A stretch of 63,764 nt of DNA, counting the filler, from Octopus bimaculoides (Eukaryota): assembly GCF_001194135.2 (NCBI RefSeq). It is 5 parts of 5 records of this genome, joined end to end, with 100 filler letters (N's around TTAATTAATTAA, not from the genome) between each part and the next. Parts side by side here need not be neighbours in the genome. Positions count along the whole stretch, not along the records: positions 43,779 to 51,685 come from NC_068987.1; positions 51,786 to 57,645 come from NC_069000.1; positions 57,746 to 63,764 come from NC_068990.1; 2 more parts are not named here. The stretch is one strand, 5' to 3'. A program made the position numbers and the translations under genes. The notes beneath the pieces are model-generated. The model ran no database searches. It was not told the origin of the DNA and was given only the letters and a program-made list of their open reading frames with translations. Positions within the stretch are counted from its first letter, which is position 1; every line of letters starts with the position of its first letter. Shown piece by piece: positions 50,122 through 63,443 of the stretch.

Positions 50122-50995
50122 NNNNNNNNNNNNNNNNNNNNNNNNNNNNNNNNNNNNNNNNNNNNNNNNNNNNNNNNNNNNNNNNNNNNNNNNNNNNNNN
50201 NNNNNNNNNNNNNNNNNNNNNNNNNNNNNNNNNNNNNNNNNNNNNNNNNNNNNNNNNNNNNNNNNNNNNNNNNNNNNNNNNNNNNNNNNNNNNNNNNNNN
50301 NNNNNNNNNNNNNNNNNNNNNNNNNNNNNNNNNNNNNNNNNNNNNNNNNNNNNNNNNNNNNNNNNNNNNNNNNNNNNNNNNNNNNNNNNNNNNNNNNNNN
50401 NNNNNNNNNNNNNNNNNNNNNNNNNNNNNNNNNNNNNNNNNNNNNNNNNNNNNNNNNNNNNNNNNNNNNNNNNNNNNNNNNNNNNNNNNNNNNNNNNNNN
50501 NNNNNNNNNNNNNNNNNNNNNNNNNNNNNNNNNNNNNNNNNNNNNNNNNNNNNNNNNNNNNNNNNNNNNNNNNNNNNNNNNNNNNNNNNNNNNNNNNNNN
50601 NNNNNNNNNNNNNNNNNNNNNNNNNNNNNNNNNNNNNNNNNNNNNNNNNNNNNNNNNNNNNNNNNNNNNNNNNNNNNNNNNNNNNNNNNNNNNNNNNNNN
50701 NNNNNNNNNNNNNNNNNNNNNNNNNNNNNNNNNNNNNNNNNNNNNNNNNNNNNNNNNNNNNNNNNNNNNNNNNNNNNNNNNNNNNNNNNNNNNNNNNNNN
50801 NNNNNNNNNNNNNNNNNNNNNNNNNNNNNNNNNNNNNNNNNNNNNNNNNNNNNNNNNNNNNNNNNNNNNNNNNNNNNNNNNNNNNNNNNNNNNNNNNNNN
50901 NNNNNNNNNNNNNNNNNNNNNNNNNNNNNNNNNNNNNNNNNNNNNNNNNNNNNNNNNNNNNNNNNNNNNNNNNNNNNNNNNNNNNNNNNNNNNNN

Positions 50996-51036
<41 letters not shown>

Positions 51037-51685
51037 TATACATATATATATATATGTATGTATGTATGTATGTATATATACAGGCATGGCTGTTTGGTTA
51101 AGAAGCTCTCTCCGTAACCACGAGGTTCGGATTTCAGTCCCACAGTGCAGCACCTTGGGCAGGTGTCTTCAACTATAGCTTTAGGCTGACGATTGCCTTG
51201 GTAGACAGAAACTGTATAGGAGCCTGATGTGTGCAAATATATGTTTGTATATATGTATTACAGATAGATAGATAGATACATACATACATACATACATACA
51301 TACATACATACATAATTTATTTGTGTGACGTTATGCTTGAGAACCGTCATTGGTTCGATTACATGCTCCACAACTTAGCGGTTTGGTAAAATGGACGATA
51401 AAAAAAAGACAATGGTAAAAAACAAAATCATTGGTGTTCATTTGCCCTATGTCAAACAAATAGAGATAAACTATTCACGATATAACGATTGCAAACTGGA
51501 AGACGCGTTAGCCATTCAAAATTTGCGTCTCTCGAAACTGCAATATGGTCACTGAAAACGCTGTTGCACTTCATATCATGTATGTTAAATGAGTGTGTGT
51601 GTGCACAGGGGTCAATGCATTGCTCAAAAGCATTCTTCAAGGCGGAGTCCCAGTATAAAGATATATATATATATATATATATATA

Positions 51686-51785
51686 NNNNNNNNNNNNNNN
51701 NNNNNNNNNNNNNNNNNNNNNNNNNNNNNTTAATTAATTAANNNNNNNNNNNNNNNNNNNNNNNNNNNNNNNNNNNNNNNNNNNN
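51686..51785. other. Artificial scaffolding linker N44-TTAATTAATTAA-N44
   Basis: Same 100-bp structure. Confidence 0.92.
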
Positions 51786-51849
51786 ATATATGCTACGTAC
51801 AGGCATACATAAATACAAAAATATAGATACATAAGTAGCACCCAAGTAA

Positions 51850-52135
51850 ATTATTGTTTTATTGTAATTCTTGTAACTCAGGTTTTGTTAGAACTCCTGC
51901 GATCTTGCTTGCGTAGCATGCCTCCTCCCTGCGGCCTACGGTACTATTTTATCAACCATTCTCGTCAAATACCTAACGCTTTCTTGACGAATGGGATTGT
52001 GCCAAGGACGCAAACGTTTTGTAACACCGCAACTGGTCACTCGATTTCCATTTTCTATAAAATTACTCTTCATACCTTCTGGTACTATCCCAAAGGCCCC
52101 TAAAATAATTGGGGCTACCTTCACATTTTTCATTT
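51850..52135 (-). mobile_element. R4/Dong-like (RLE-clade) non-LTR retrotransposon 3' end
   Basis: MKNVKVAPIILGAFGIVPEGMK, then after a frameshift KMEIE*PVAVLQNVCVLGTIPFVKKALGI*. This matches the C-terminal restriction-like endonuclease motif (VxPxIIGALG...LQKxxLLGTxxIxxxxL) and is followed by a short 3'UTR. Confidence 0.72.
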
Positions 52136-52160
52136 TTCTACATTCGAGCTTATTCTTCTT

Positions 52161-52289
<129 letters not shown>

Positions 52290-52311
52290 GTTATTATTGT
52301 TGTTGTTATTC

Positions 52312-52520
52312 AGCGAGCTGGCAGAATCGCTTGCACACCGGGTGAAATACTTTACCGTACTTCATTTGTCGCTACGTTCTGAGTTCTAATTCCACCAAGG
52401 TCGACTTTGCCTTCCGTCAAATCGACGTTGATACATGAATTACCAATTAAACTCTGGGGTCGATGTAATCGACTCATCCACACCTCCCGCAAGCTGCCTT
52501 TGTGGCAAAAATTTGAAATA
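52312..52520 (+). mobile_element. SINE family A
   Basis: cagcgagctggcagaatcgctt...ctacgttctgagttctaattcc...ggggtcgatgtaatcgact. Confidence 0.75.
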
Positions 52521-53014
52521 ACAACAATAAAAATACGAAGAATTATTATTATCATTATTACTATTATTACTAGTATTATTATTGTTGTTGTTGCTGTTGT
52601 TGTTATTATTATCATCATCACTATTATTATTATTAATTATTGATATTCAGTAGTCTTGTTTTCATTGCGTGCTTTCACTGCGTCATTCAGTGCATCACCG
52701 TACGACTGCGATATGGTCCTGTGGATTGTGTTGTTGGTATTTTTACTCTGTAGAAAAATGTTCTGCGTCAGAGGTGTGCATTGCCTAACTGTGCTATATT
52801 CACTGTTATGAAACACTACACTAGACGCACTCGCTCACGCGCACACGCAACACACAGTGATATGTTCACATACTTGATGGAGAGAGGAGGGAGGGCCTTC
52901 GACACTTTTAAACCAAAAGAGTTGTTTCTTCATCTACTATTTACATGCTATTATTGATAGCATTATTTTGTTTCGAGAATCACCGTTCCAAAGAAGTATG
53001 TGGGTGAGTGAGAG

Positions 53015-53056
<42 letters not shown>

Positions 53057-54116
53057 ATCAACTCTCCCTAAATTTCTTTCTCTCCCTCTCTTTTGACTCT
53101 CTCGCTCTGTCTCCGCCACCCCCTCACCGTCTCTATGCCTACTATTATTCTCACCACGTCATGCAGAAGAGAAGGAGTGTCATTTAATAGTCAGAAAAAC
53201 TAGTTTTCGCATTTATTATTTCAGATGTATAGCAACTGTCTTTGAAGATTGTCGTCGATTGCTCGAAATGAGGAATAGATAGACAGTCGACAACTGATGA
53301 AGGGTNNNNNNNNNNNNNNNNNNNNNNNNNNNNNNNNNNNNNNNNNNNNNNNNNNNNNNNNNNNNNNNNNNNNNNNNNNNNNNNNNNNNNNNNNNNNNNN
53401 NNNNNNNNNNNNNNNNNNNNNNNNNNNNNNNNNNNNNNNNNNNNNNNNNNNNNNNNNNNNNNNNNNNNNNNNNNNNNNNNNNNNNNNNNNNNNNNNNNNN
53501 NNNNNNNNNNNNNNNNNNNNNNNNNNNNNNNNNNNNNNNNNNNNNNNNNNNNNNNNNNNNNNNNNNNNNNNNNNNNNNNNNNNNNNNNNNNNNNNNNNNN
53601 NNNNNNNNNNNNNNNNNNNNNNNNNNNNNNNNNNNNNNNNNNNNNNNNNNNNNNNNNNNNNNNNNNNNNNNNNNNNNNNNNNNNNNNNNNNNNNNNNNNN
53701 NNNNNNNNNNNNNNNNNNNNNNNNNNNNNNNNNNNNNNNNNNNNNNNNNNNNNNNNNNNNNNNNNNNNNNNNNNNNNNNNNNNNNNNNNNNNNNNNNNNN
53801 NNNNNNNNNNNNNNNNNNNNNNNNNNNNNNNNNNNNNNNNNNNNNNNNNNNNNNNNNNNNNNNNNNNNNNNNNNNNNNNNNNNNNNNNNNNNNNNNNNNN
53901 NNNNNNNNNNNNNNNNNNNNNNNNNNNNNNNNNNNNNNNNNNNNNNNNNNNNNNNNNNNNNNNNNNNNNNNNNNNNNNNNNNNNNNNNNNNNNNNNNNNN
54001 NNNNNNNNNNNNNNNNNNNNNNNNNNNNNNNNNNNNNNNNNNNNNNNNNNNNNNNNNNNNNNNNNNNNNNNNNNNNNNNNNNNNNNNNNNNNNNNNNNNN
54101 NNNNNNNNNNNNNNNN

Positions 54117-54159
<43 letters not shown>

Positions 54160-54332
54160 GTATGTATGTATGTATGTATGTATGTATAGCCCCCACTTGA
54201 TGTTGTTTGTTAAAATCTGTTTCAACTCTTCACTCTGATAACTGGAATCTAACTTGTTTTCTTCAATCTGTTCCCGTCTTTATTTTCGTTTCAGCTGCAT
54301 ACTTGTGTTGGCAGCGGTGGCGGGGCTGTCGG

Positions 54333-54363
<31 letters not shown>

Positions 54364-56087
54364 GATGTTGCTGCTGCTGCTGCTGCTGCTACTACTTCCG
54401 TTGTTGTTGTTGTTGTTATTGGTGGTGGTGTCGGTGGTGCTGGTGTCAGTGGTGGTGGTGGTGGTTGTGGTGGTCACCGTCTTCTTTGTCGTGCTGTTCC
54501 TGATAGCCAGTGTGGTGGGGGAGGTCGTGGTATTTGTGGAAATNNNNNNNNNNNNNNNNNNNNNNNNNNNNNNNNNNNNNNNNNNNNNNNNNNNNNNNNN
54601 NNNNNNNNNNNNNNNNNNNNNNNNNNNNNNNNNNNNNNNNNNNNNNNNNNNNNNNNNNNNNNNNNNNNNNNNNNNNNNNNNNNNNNNNNNNNNNNNNTGA
54701 TGGTGGTAATGGTGGTTATGGTAATGGTGGTGGTGGTGGTGGTGGTGATACTAGTGGTGCTGACGGAGGTTGTGGTGATGGTGGTAGCTGTTCTGAGAGC
54801 TGCGATGTTGGTATTGGTCCTAATAGTTGTGCTGGCGGTAAAATGTGATGTGGTGACAATAATGGTATCACCAGAAATAATCCTTTCCAGTATAGACACC
54901 AAGCCTGAAATTGTGGGGGAGCGGGGTAGTCGAGTTCTTCAACCCCAGTGCTTAACCTGTTGACTGAATGAAATATAAAACTACAAGCTATATTCAGTTC
55001 ATTCAGAGTTGCCTCCCTTAGGTACATATCCTTGACAAGAGTCAAAGACTCGAAACATTGATCAATTTCCTTAAAACAGTAGGTATATGAAAAAAAAAAA
55101 CAACATATAGTTTATATTTATATAACAGAACAAAAAGAAAATGGAGATTGGGAAGTTAATTGTTTATTAATAACAGCAAATTAATCATCATCCCTTACAG
55201 CTGTTTTAACTAACATTCAGTAAATATTAAGTAAATATTGAATTTATATGACTTGAGGACATCTTCAGAGGGAAAGAAAATACCCTTAGGTGTTTTATAT
55301 GTGTTAATGTCTTCATTATAGCACGCACGCACACACACACACAGACACACGTAGAGATACACACACACACACACAGTGAGGCACGCACATACGCACAAGC
55401 ACGCGCGCACACACACAATCGCATATATAAATATTATATGCATGTATATATGCATCTATGTATGTATGTACGTATGTTTGTATGTATTAAAGTATGTAAC
55501 AATACATGAAGTCAATTTCGTATTGAGACTTACTTTGTTTCGCCTTACGGCGTATTCTAGTGTCTCGATAAGCCGTGAAGTGAAACCTAAATGTCCCATC
55601 AAAAATAAACTTGACTCTATTTTCAGTATTGAGTACTGACCCCAGCTGTAAATGTTCCGTTGTTATGCTTAAACTTGTTTTTAACATATTTTAAAGATTG
55701 CATACTCAACCCCCACCCCCAGACACACACACAACCAACAGCTAGGGATTGAAAAGTTCACAAATTTTCAGTACTTGCCAAAGGACTTCTATGTGATGTT
55801 GATTTGAATATGTTCAAAGGGCAATTCCATAGGTTTGTTTTTTTTGTTTTTTTTTATGCGATATACAAGATGAGCCCATATTACGGCATAAAACGCAAAG
55901 CGTTATCTTTGTTCGAGTCAATATTTCACCAGTACCGACTCTGGGAACAAGGTCGGGAAATAAGCCTAAAGCATGCCAGCGTTAATGCTAATGGCGATGG
56001 TCTAGTATAACCACAGCCTCAGAATAATAGATTAATATATATATATAATGAATAGAATAATAGAATATGTGTGCGTGGAGACAATTT

Positions 56088-56136
<49 letters not shown>

Positions 56137-56624
56137 CCGGACGAACAGACGAACAGACAGACAGATAGATAGGTAATAGATAGGTTGATAGATAAAGAGA
56201 CAGATCGAGGCCTCACTTTTGCAGTTTTTTTCTTAATAAAACACAATAGAGGAAAGTAAATAAAGACATTGTCAATAGTTCTAGACTCTACAAATATTTC
56301 TTTAGAAAACAAAATAGTATTTTAGTCAATCATGGCGGAGAATAGATTGTTTGATTGAATAAACTTCGTTTTTGTAGCTTCCATACATAAGACGTTTATT
56401 GAATTTATATTTACGCTACACACTTGTTTGAGAAACAAGCTTACATTCGCATCAAATCTATTAAAATATCTCCTTAAAAATATTGTAACTCTTATCATAA
56501 TACAAGCAAAATTAAGGTTGACTCCATAAACCATGTTATAAACACAAGTAAACACTCATTTTTATAACTCCTTTTAATAAAAACTCCATTCGATAAATAC
56601 TTACTTTACTCTGTTGGTTGATGA

Positions 56625-56800
56625 GCAATGGTAAAGGTGTGTAGCCGAGTCGTTAGGGATGTTGGGCTAGCTATCATAAAAGCGCGGAGTTCAATCCTTG
56701 CGGCTGGTAACAACTTGTGGTTTCTGCAAAGGAATTCTCCTCATTTTACGGAGCACCACTCAACAAGTACCACCCAGGTGCTGGTGCACCCTTCTCACTC
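56625..56800 (+). mobile_element. Old tRNA-derived SINE of another family
   Basis: A box-like gtagccgagtcgttagg and B box-like ggagttcaatcc. No complete cloverleaf. Confidence 0.45.
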
Positions 56801-57384
56801 TAAATGTAATATACTAGTTGATAGGCTAGATTAATAGGTGCCTCTCCTGATTATATAGTCACCTAAAAACAATTAGCAAAACTATTATACATTTTCCCGA
56901 GTGGTGCTCAATTGCAAATGGCGTCTATCTTCCTAAGTTTTATCGCAAAAAACAAAATGGCGATTCTTTAAAGAAAAAACACAAGCATATTTAAAAGCAG
57001 TTTTTTGTTTTTTAGAAAAAAAAGAAAAGCAGGTTTAAGTTATTGAATTACTTCATCATAAGGTGAAATATAAGTACTGAATATCTTTATCTACCTTTCA
57101 GCTTAACTCACTTAGCCATTTCTAAATAGTTACGTAATTATTGATGTTTCGTAACCTGGTGTACTTTAGTCGTTGGTATATGGTTTCCATGACAACCGCT
57201 CCCCCAAAAAATCAGATAAATAATTTTAATAAACTTCGATTATGGCATTCAGGGAATAGAATTACAGGCAATGTATATACCTATACATTTGCTTAGTGAT
57301 TCTTGATATATCGAAACACTATCCCCTTAACTTTTAAATCGTCTTCTCCCCTTCGCTCTCTATACCTACCCATTTATGTGTGGG

Positions 57385-57422
<38 letters not shown>

Positions 57423-57645
57423 TAGATAGATAGATAGATAGCTAGATAGATGTGTATATATTCTCACACATACGTATATGTGCAATATACATATACATAT
57501 AAATATGTGTGTATTTATCTACGTATCTTTAAAATACGCACACACATACCAGCTATGTCTGTACATATCTGCAATATGCTTGTGTATGTATATATATATA
57601 TATATATATCTATATCTATATCTATATCTATCTATCTATATATAT

Positions 57646-57745
57646 NNNNNNNNNNNNNNNNNNNNNNNNNNNNNNNNNNNNNNNNNNNNTTAATTAATTA
57701 ANNNNNNNNNNNNNNNNNNNNNNNNNNNNNNNNNNNNNNNNNNNN
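57646..57745. other. Artificial scaffolding linker N44-TTAATTAATTAA-N44
   Basis: Same 100-bp structure. Confidence 0.92.
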
Positions 57746-57930
57746 ACCACCACTATCTCTTGACAACCGATATTGGTGTGTTTACGTCCCTGTAACTTAC
57801 CAGTACGGCAAAAGAAACCGATAGAATAAGTTCTAGACTTACAAAGAATTAGTCCTGGAGCCGATTTGTTCGACTAAAGGCGGTACTCCAGCATGGCCGT
57901 AATCAAATAACCGAAACAAATAAAAGAATA
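57746..57930 (+). mobile_element. SINE family B 3' part
   Basis: tgacaaccgatattggtgtgtttacgtccctgtaac...ggcggtactccagcatggccg. Confidence 0.78.
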
Positions 57931-57950
57931 CAGCTTTACATAGACCTACG

Positions 57951-57980
57951 CATCGATTAGCATCGATTAGCATCGATTAG
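57951..57980 (+). repeat. 10-bp tandem repeat (catcgattag) x3
   Basis: Read directly from the sequence. Confidence 0.9.
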
Positions 57981-58690
57981 CAACCGTTGCAATTGCGAAT
58001 TTATTATACTACCGGTGCAGTCTCTTCAGAGTCTTCACTTCAATATCCTTCGATTTAACTGTTTAAAGTTTTTCGTTTATCTACTCTGCACTGTATGATA
58101 GAGAGTTGTTCGTTAAATTAGACGCGAACAATCTTCAACTGAAGCTTTCATTGGATAATCACTTATAGTCCGTTATTTCAGAACATTTTGTTGTTGAGAT
58201 GTTTATTATTCATTTATACTGGACAAATATATCATACATACATACATACATACATACATACATACATACATACATACATACATACATACATACATACATA
58301 CATACATACATACATACATAATTATGTGGTAACATTTCAACAAGTACAATAACAGTCGATCAGCTAAGAGAGTAAAGATAATATTGTAATAAAAAAAAAA
58401 CTACGTGAAATACAGCCACCTGGGGTTTCCTGGTCGAAATATTAATTTATTTTCCATTTTTCAAGCTGTGAACAAATGTCAGTTGCGTTTTTAAGCAGAT
58501 GACGTTTAAACAAGAGGCGCTGATAAGGAGGAAGACAAAGAGAAAAACATAAGGGAGATAACCAACGTTACAATAAACTAATGTCAAAAAGATGTAAACA
58601 AGATATAAATGGTTTACTATGTGTCTGGTGACCTACTTTTAAATTTCACCAAGATGTATTTCTTAAAATGTAGACATATAGAAAATATCT

Positions 58691-58950
58691 CGTTCCTGGA
58701 ATTTATGTAGTCGTTGAAGGCTCTCAACTTCTTTAAGAGATATGGTTTTTCAAGAGAACATACTGAACAACTTTTGGACCCGCTAACATTGGGTCTGGAT
58801 ATGGAGAAGATTTCCTATTTGATGTCGTAGTTGGTCCCTTCGTCCTTGAGGCTCTATATTAAAACCTAAAGGGCCGTTGAATGTCTCTTCAAAATTTGTC
58901 TTTTAAAGAACTTGAGAGCCTCCAACGACTACGTAAATTCTAGGGAAGCG
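58691..58950. mobile_element. Fold-back/MITE-like element with long imperfect terminal inverted repeats
   Basis: atttatgtagtcgttgaaggctctcaacttctttaagaga (58701-58740) is the near reverse complement of tcttttaaagaacttgagagcctccaacgactacgtaaat (58899-58938). Similarity extends further in and out. No TSD is visible. Confidence 0.65.
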
Positions 58951-59379
58951 ATTCAGCTAATGGTAAAGAAATAACCGATCTCTTCAACGCCAAAACAGGG
59001 ATTGGAAATATTAAAATATTTTCTGTGATGTTGTATTCTAAAGTGTAGGGGAAATGAACTCCGTGAAACAAAAGAAGTTTTCTAGCATTAAAACAGATGC
59101 CATCAGAATCAATATGCTAATATTATGGAAAATTGAGAGAAGCTACAATCTTTTTGTGAATTAAGTTAAGTTGGAGATAGAAGGACAATCAGCAGAAGTT
59201 AATCTTATACAAAGGCAACTAACTGATGGAATATTAAATTTTGCAGATCGCTGTAAAATGGTAGAATGTATAATGGTGCTGCTAGGTTATGTTAGCCATA
59301 CTCAGCATTTTGAAATGGTTAACGATTTTACTTTGGTTCACACTAAATGATGATAATATTATGCAAGTAGAATTGTCAG

Positions 59380-59920
59380 CATCACATCTTGATAAGAATC
59401 ACATGTAAGAAGGAAAAAAAGATGCCATGTAAAAAGAAAAGCAATTTCCAGCCTGTCAGCTTGTTTTTGAGAAAGGAGCAATGTTTTCATCATTGGAGGC
59501 AGTGATGCCAACGCACTGGCCTCCATTAAAGTAAACAATGTTGAAGTACAGCTGCAAATAGACATTAACAACAATGTTGTTATTATCCCAAGGCAGGTCT
59601 GGATGAAACTAGGGTCTCCCAATCGGGAAACTTGTAATGCTAGTCTCAAACAGTATGATGGTTCGGTTATTCATACAATCTAAAAGAGATTGATATTTAA
59701 AAGGTTATAAAGCTGAAATAAAGTTTTAAAATAGCACTAAACCTGTATATTATAAATCAAGACAACTTCCATTATATAATAATTCATTTGTTGTGAGAAT
59801 TTAAAGGAAATGCTAAGCGGTAGATTAATGAAAAGAGTTGAACCAGGAGGAAGTAAGTGAGCTTCATTGTTGGTTGTGGTTTGCAAGTTCAAAAGCAATA
59901 TACGTATTTGTGCAGACAAC
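59380..59920 (+). mobile_element. Ty3/Gypsy LTR retrotransposon pol remnant (protease plus start of RT)
   Basis: IKVNNVEVQLQIDINNNVVIIPRQVWMKLGSP...LKQYDGSVI (decayed DTG protease), followed by RVEPGGSK*ASLLVVVCKFKSNIRICAD (RT motif 1). Confidence 0.75.
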
Positions 59921-60376
59921 ATATCCTTTTGTTGGAGTGACAACGACCATCTAGTCAACCTTATGGATGGCTGATAACTTGTGCGGTGATCTTACTTAAA
60001 GCAAAGACGAGCTTCGAAATATCAGCCTCAGTCTCTCGCCTGTGGCCATCATCAGTCCAATGGCAAGATCAGGCCAAGACGACTACGGATGGAGGACACA
60101 GTGGGTGATCAAGATGTCTTTCTCGCCTTATCTTGCTCTCTGCACTTCACTATGCGTTGCTGATGCCACCCTCCTCTCTGTTGATCCATGACGGTTTCTC
60201 CCGCAGATTCCGCCTGGTTTAGTCTCCTCATACATAGGAAGACAAACCCTAATATGCTAATAAAGCTATAACTGAGACCTTGACAGGTGCTACTACTCTG
60301 GATCAGAGTAAACATGGCTAAAATAGTGGGTAACAAGTGGTTCTACACCCCTCAGAACTCCTCCGGGTTACATATA

Positions 60377-60428
<52 letters not shown>

Positions 60429-60798
60429 CGCGCGCACACACACACATAAGTTTTAAAAAACATATAATAATTGCACAAACAAAAGGGAAACAAACACAGA
60501 AGGTGGCCAAATCTTCACGGCCATTTCAAGCGGCTTCATTTAATCGGTCAATCAAAATATTACATCAGTTTGAAAGAAACCATTCTCCTGAGACGCAGGT
60601 GACCATATAGATTTCCAGTATAAAGGATAAACCATATTGAGTAGAGCACTGGCACAGTTTGAGCTACCTGGTGTCATCCCCAGTCGGGGTTTATTACCGT
60701 TGGGTCTACTTCAGGAACTTCGCAGTGTTGGTTGAGATAATAATGATAATAATTTTTTAAGTAACTAGAAGGTAGATTCGGTGTTAATCCTCATTTTG

Positions 60799-60897
60799 TA
60801 CAACGGTCGTTTCAACCCATCGTGCTACTGTCCCTTATGGGTAGGACTCCGTTCAACATGCTGTGTTGCATCCAATTTGTAGTCTGGGTCTCATCAG
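60799..60897 (-). ncRNA. Partial hammerhead-like motif with long stem II insert
   Basis: Minus strand: CTGATGA-GACCCA[65 nt]TGGGTT-GAA-ACGAC c GTTGT-A. Stems II and III pair, but no stem I is apparent. Confidence 0.35.
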
Positions 60898-63443
60898 GTA
60901 CACTCATACATAAAGTTGTGTCTCACTAAAGGTCCTGAGTTTTGCTGTCATGTTGTTATATGCCCGTCTGGTTAAGGAATGAAACATTGCTACAATTTTC
61001 AATTACTATTATCTTTCTATAAGAATTGCAAACATTTGTAAATTTTTACAAATAACTGTTGATAAAAAAAAAAATTTTTTAAGTTGTAAGGGAAGTGAAT
61101 GGATGGACAGGGATGGATTGAGTTAAGTTAGGTTTAAGATTAAGGAATAGTACTAGAAAAGGAAGGGGAAGATATATATATGCGGGCTAGAACGTCTAGG
61201 GATGAAAGGTTGTTTAGCTAGATATCTAGCTTAGGTCGGGATGCGTATACATACATTCGCGCACACACCTAGTCGTACATACACTCACACAAGGGACGTT
61301 GGCCCACCCGCCCATATGGTCAATTTCGGCTGTAGTTCGTATAATTTATGGTTGGAAGACAATCTCACCATAAGCCTATCATCACAGTCACCGCAAGACT
61401 AGGGCAGCTCGCAGACAGTCTGACTCACTCTACGTTTATATCAACGAGGGTCAATCACACACCTCTACGCCTATATATACGTACCCACATGCATACACTC
61501 ACACATACAAATACACATATACATACACATATCCATATGTATATATTTCCACATACATATGCATACACGTACCCACCTACATATATACTTTTCTATATAC
61601 ACACGTGTGCACGCACACACACACACACAGGTGTACGCATATACCCATACATATACATATACATATATATTTATACACACATACATATATATATATACGC
61701 GTGTATGTATACATCCTCATACGTGACCGGTGTTCGGCCAAGTCTGACCTTTCTTTCTGGGTTCGACTACCATCCGTGTAGCATCTCTTATATTCCTACC
61801 CATGACTTTCATCTTCTATGTTCCTGCCGTAAGGCTTCATTTCCACACACGCCAGCTTAATTTAATTCGTCCTCAGTCGAAAGACACCTCTTGTTTGTAT
61901 TTGTAATTGTGTACCATTTCTCCGTTTTTTATTTTTTTTATTTTTCATCTTTGTTTTCGTACACATTCGCTTGCTTTCTTCCAAAGAATTTAGTGCTCTT
62001 AGCTTAGATTTTCTTGGAGCCGACCAGACTAGAGCAGTCTCGAGAGTAACCGGCCGAAACTGCAAAGACAATGAGATACTGGACTGAAGATTGAAACCTC
62101 CAAACGACGCCTCCTTGGTTTTTCCTGTCCTTTTTTTTTTATCGTTTAACTGTCCGAATGTTTTGTTGTGTTACGTTTGATCTACTTGATTGGACGCTTG
62201 ATGAAATCTGAGACATTGATGTGAAAACCCGGTGTATACTAACCAGCACATAATTTCCACACCAATAGAAACGTAGACCACCTCTACCTAAAACGGAAAC
62301 AATGGAGAAGAGGTTTAACATCGGTCCAGACTACCTTTAAATGTTGTACCATATCCCTTTAGCAACATCGTTTAACCATCAAGTGTTGAAGTGCATCTCT
62401 TGGCCAAGTTTACATGCGTGAGGCTGATAACATCACGAGACTTAGAAAGCAATTCCTTGAATTGCATTCCTTGTCTGATAACTTTGAATTCATGCCCAAA
62501 GAAGTTGCACGACTATACCACAACGTATCATCAGATGAAAGGCTGAGTGTATATCAGCAGAAGACCATGCATATGTAGTGAACTGAAGTGAGATGTCATA
62601 TCACGTCGATACGATGTAGCCCACTACCAAATGTAGCATGTAGATGTAACGCTTAAAGGTTCTCGCGCCGGAGTAACCAGTGAACATCGAAGAATAAACT
62701 CCAAGAAGGAAGAAATACTATTTACATATATTTATTCATTTGCCCGACAAGTAGTTAAAGAGACAGTAGTAAATGTAGTGATAGTAACAACAAGGTTGGC
62801 TCGCTGGTTAGTAGCGTAAAAGTTGCTGGTTGATAGTGTAGAAGTTGCTGTCTGTCAGTAGAGAGTGAAAGAGTAAGGAATGCACGGTGCTGACGAGAAA
62901 GGAAGAAAAGATAAAGGTGGTATTGTCTTTCTTGTGGCCTAAAGCTTCTCTTCGTATGTCGAGCGAAGGGTGAAGGGTAAGTGCTGTTCTTGGTCATGGC
63001 TGACGCAAAAGTGGAAGAGACAGGAAATGCTCTCTGTTATATAGACTATGGTCATTATGTAGGTCAACCCCTAAACAAAGTATTGACCTTTCCTTGACCA
63101 GCCCAGGTTCTTGTGGGTCAATTGTTTCCCCATCAATCATCTGATGAGGAGAGAATTCCCCGTTTGTTTTGACAAGCAACAAGCAGGTAAATTTGGTTTC
63201 AAATTTCAGGCAGGGCGAAGCGAGGTCCCTACACATAGATACAGTAGCAGAAAACTCCGGGATGATAGTAACTTTGATAATCAAAGCAGTTTATCATGGA
63301 GCAGCAACCAGATTACAAACTCCCAATTTGAAGGACATGCATTCGCAATCCAACAACAAGAGATATTACCTGAGAAATGAAGAGGATAATTAGATTATCA
63401 AGCAAGCAAGGTTCTGTCAAAAATTGAATTGTTAAACCGACTG

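Noticed and set aside
51495-51552. Stem plus GAAAC...GTC resembling a hammerhead
   Set aside because: No valid CUGANGA and no stem I. Similar partial matches at 55505-55570 and 60020-60060 were also rejected.
54254-54902. GC-richer trinucleotide-repeat block that looks like a low-complexity exon
   Set aside because: No domain, frames are closed by stops, no convincing splice sites, and it is separated from SoxF by a linker. Same for 7177-7860 and 16384-16560.
62900-63420. Short overlapping ORFs, possible LINE relic
   Set aside because: No recognisable RT or endonuclease motif.
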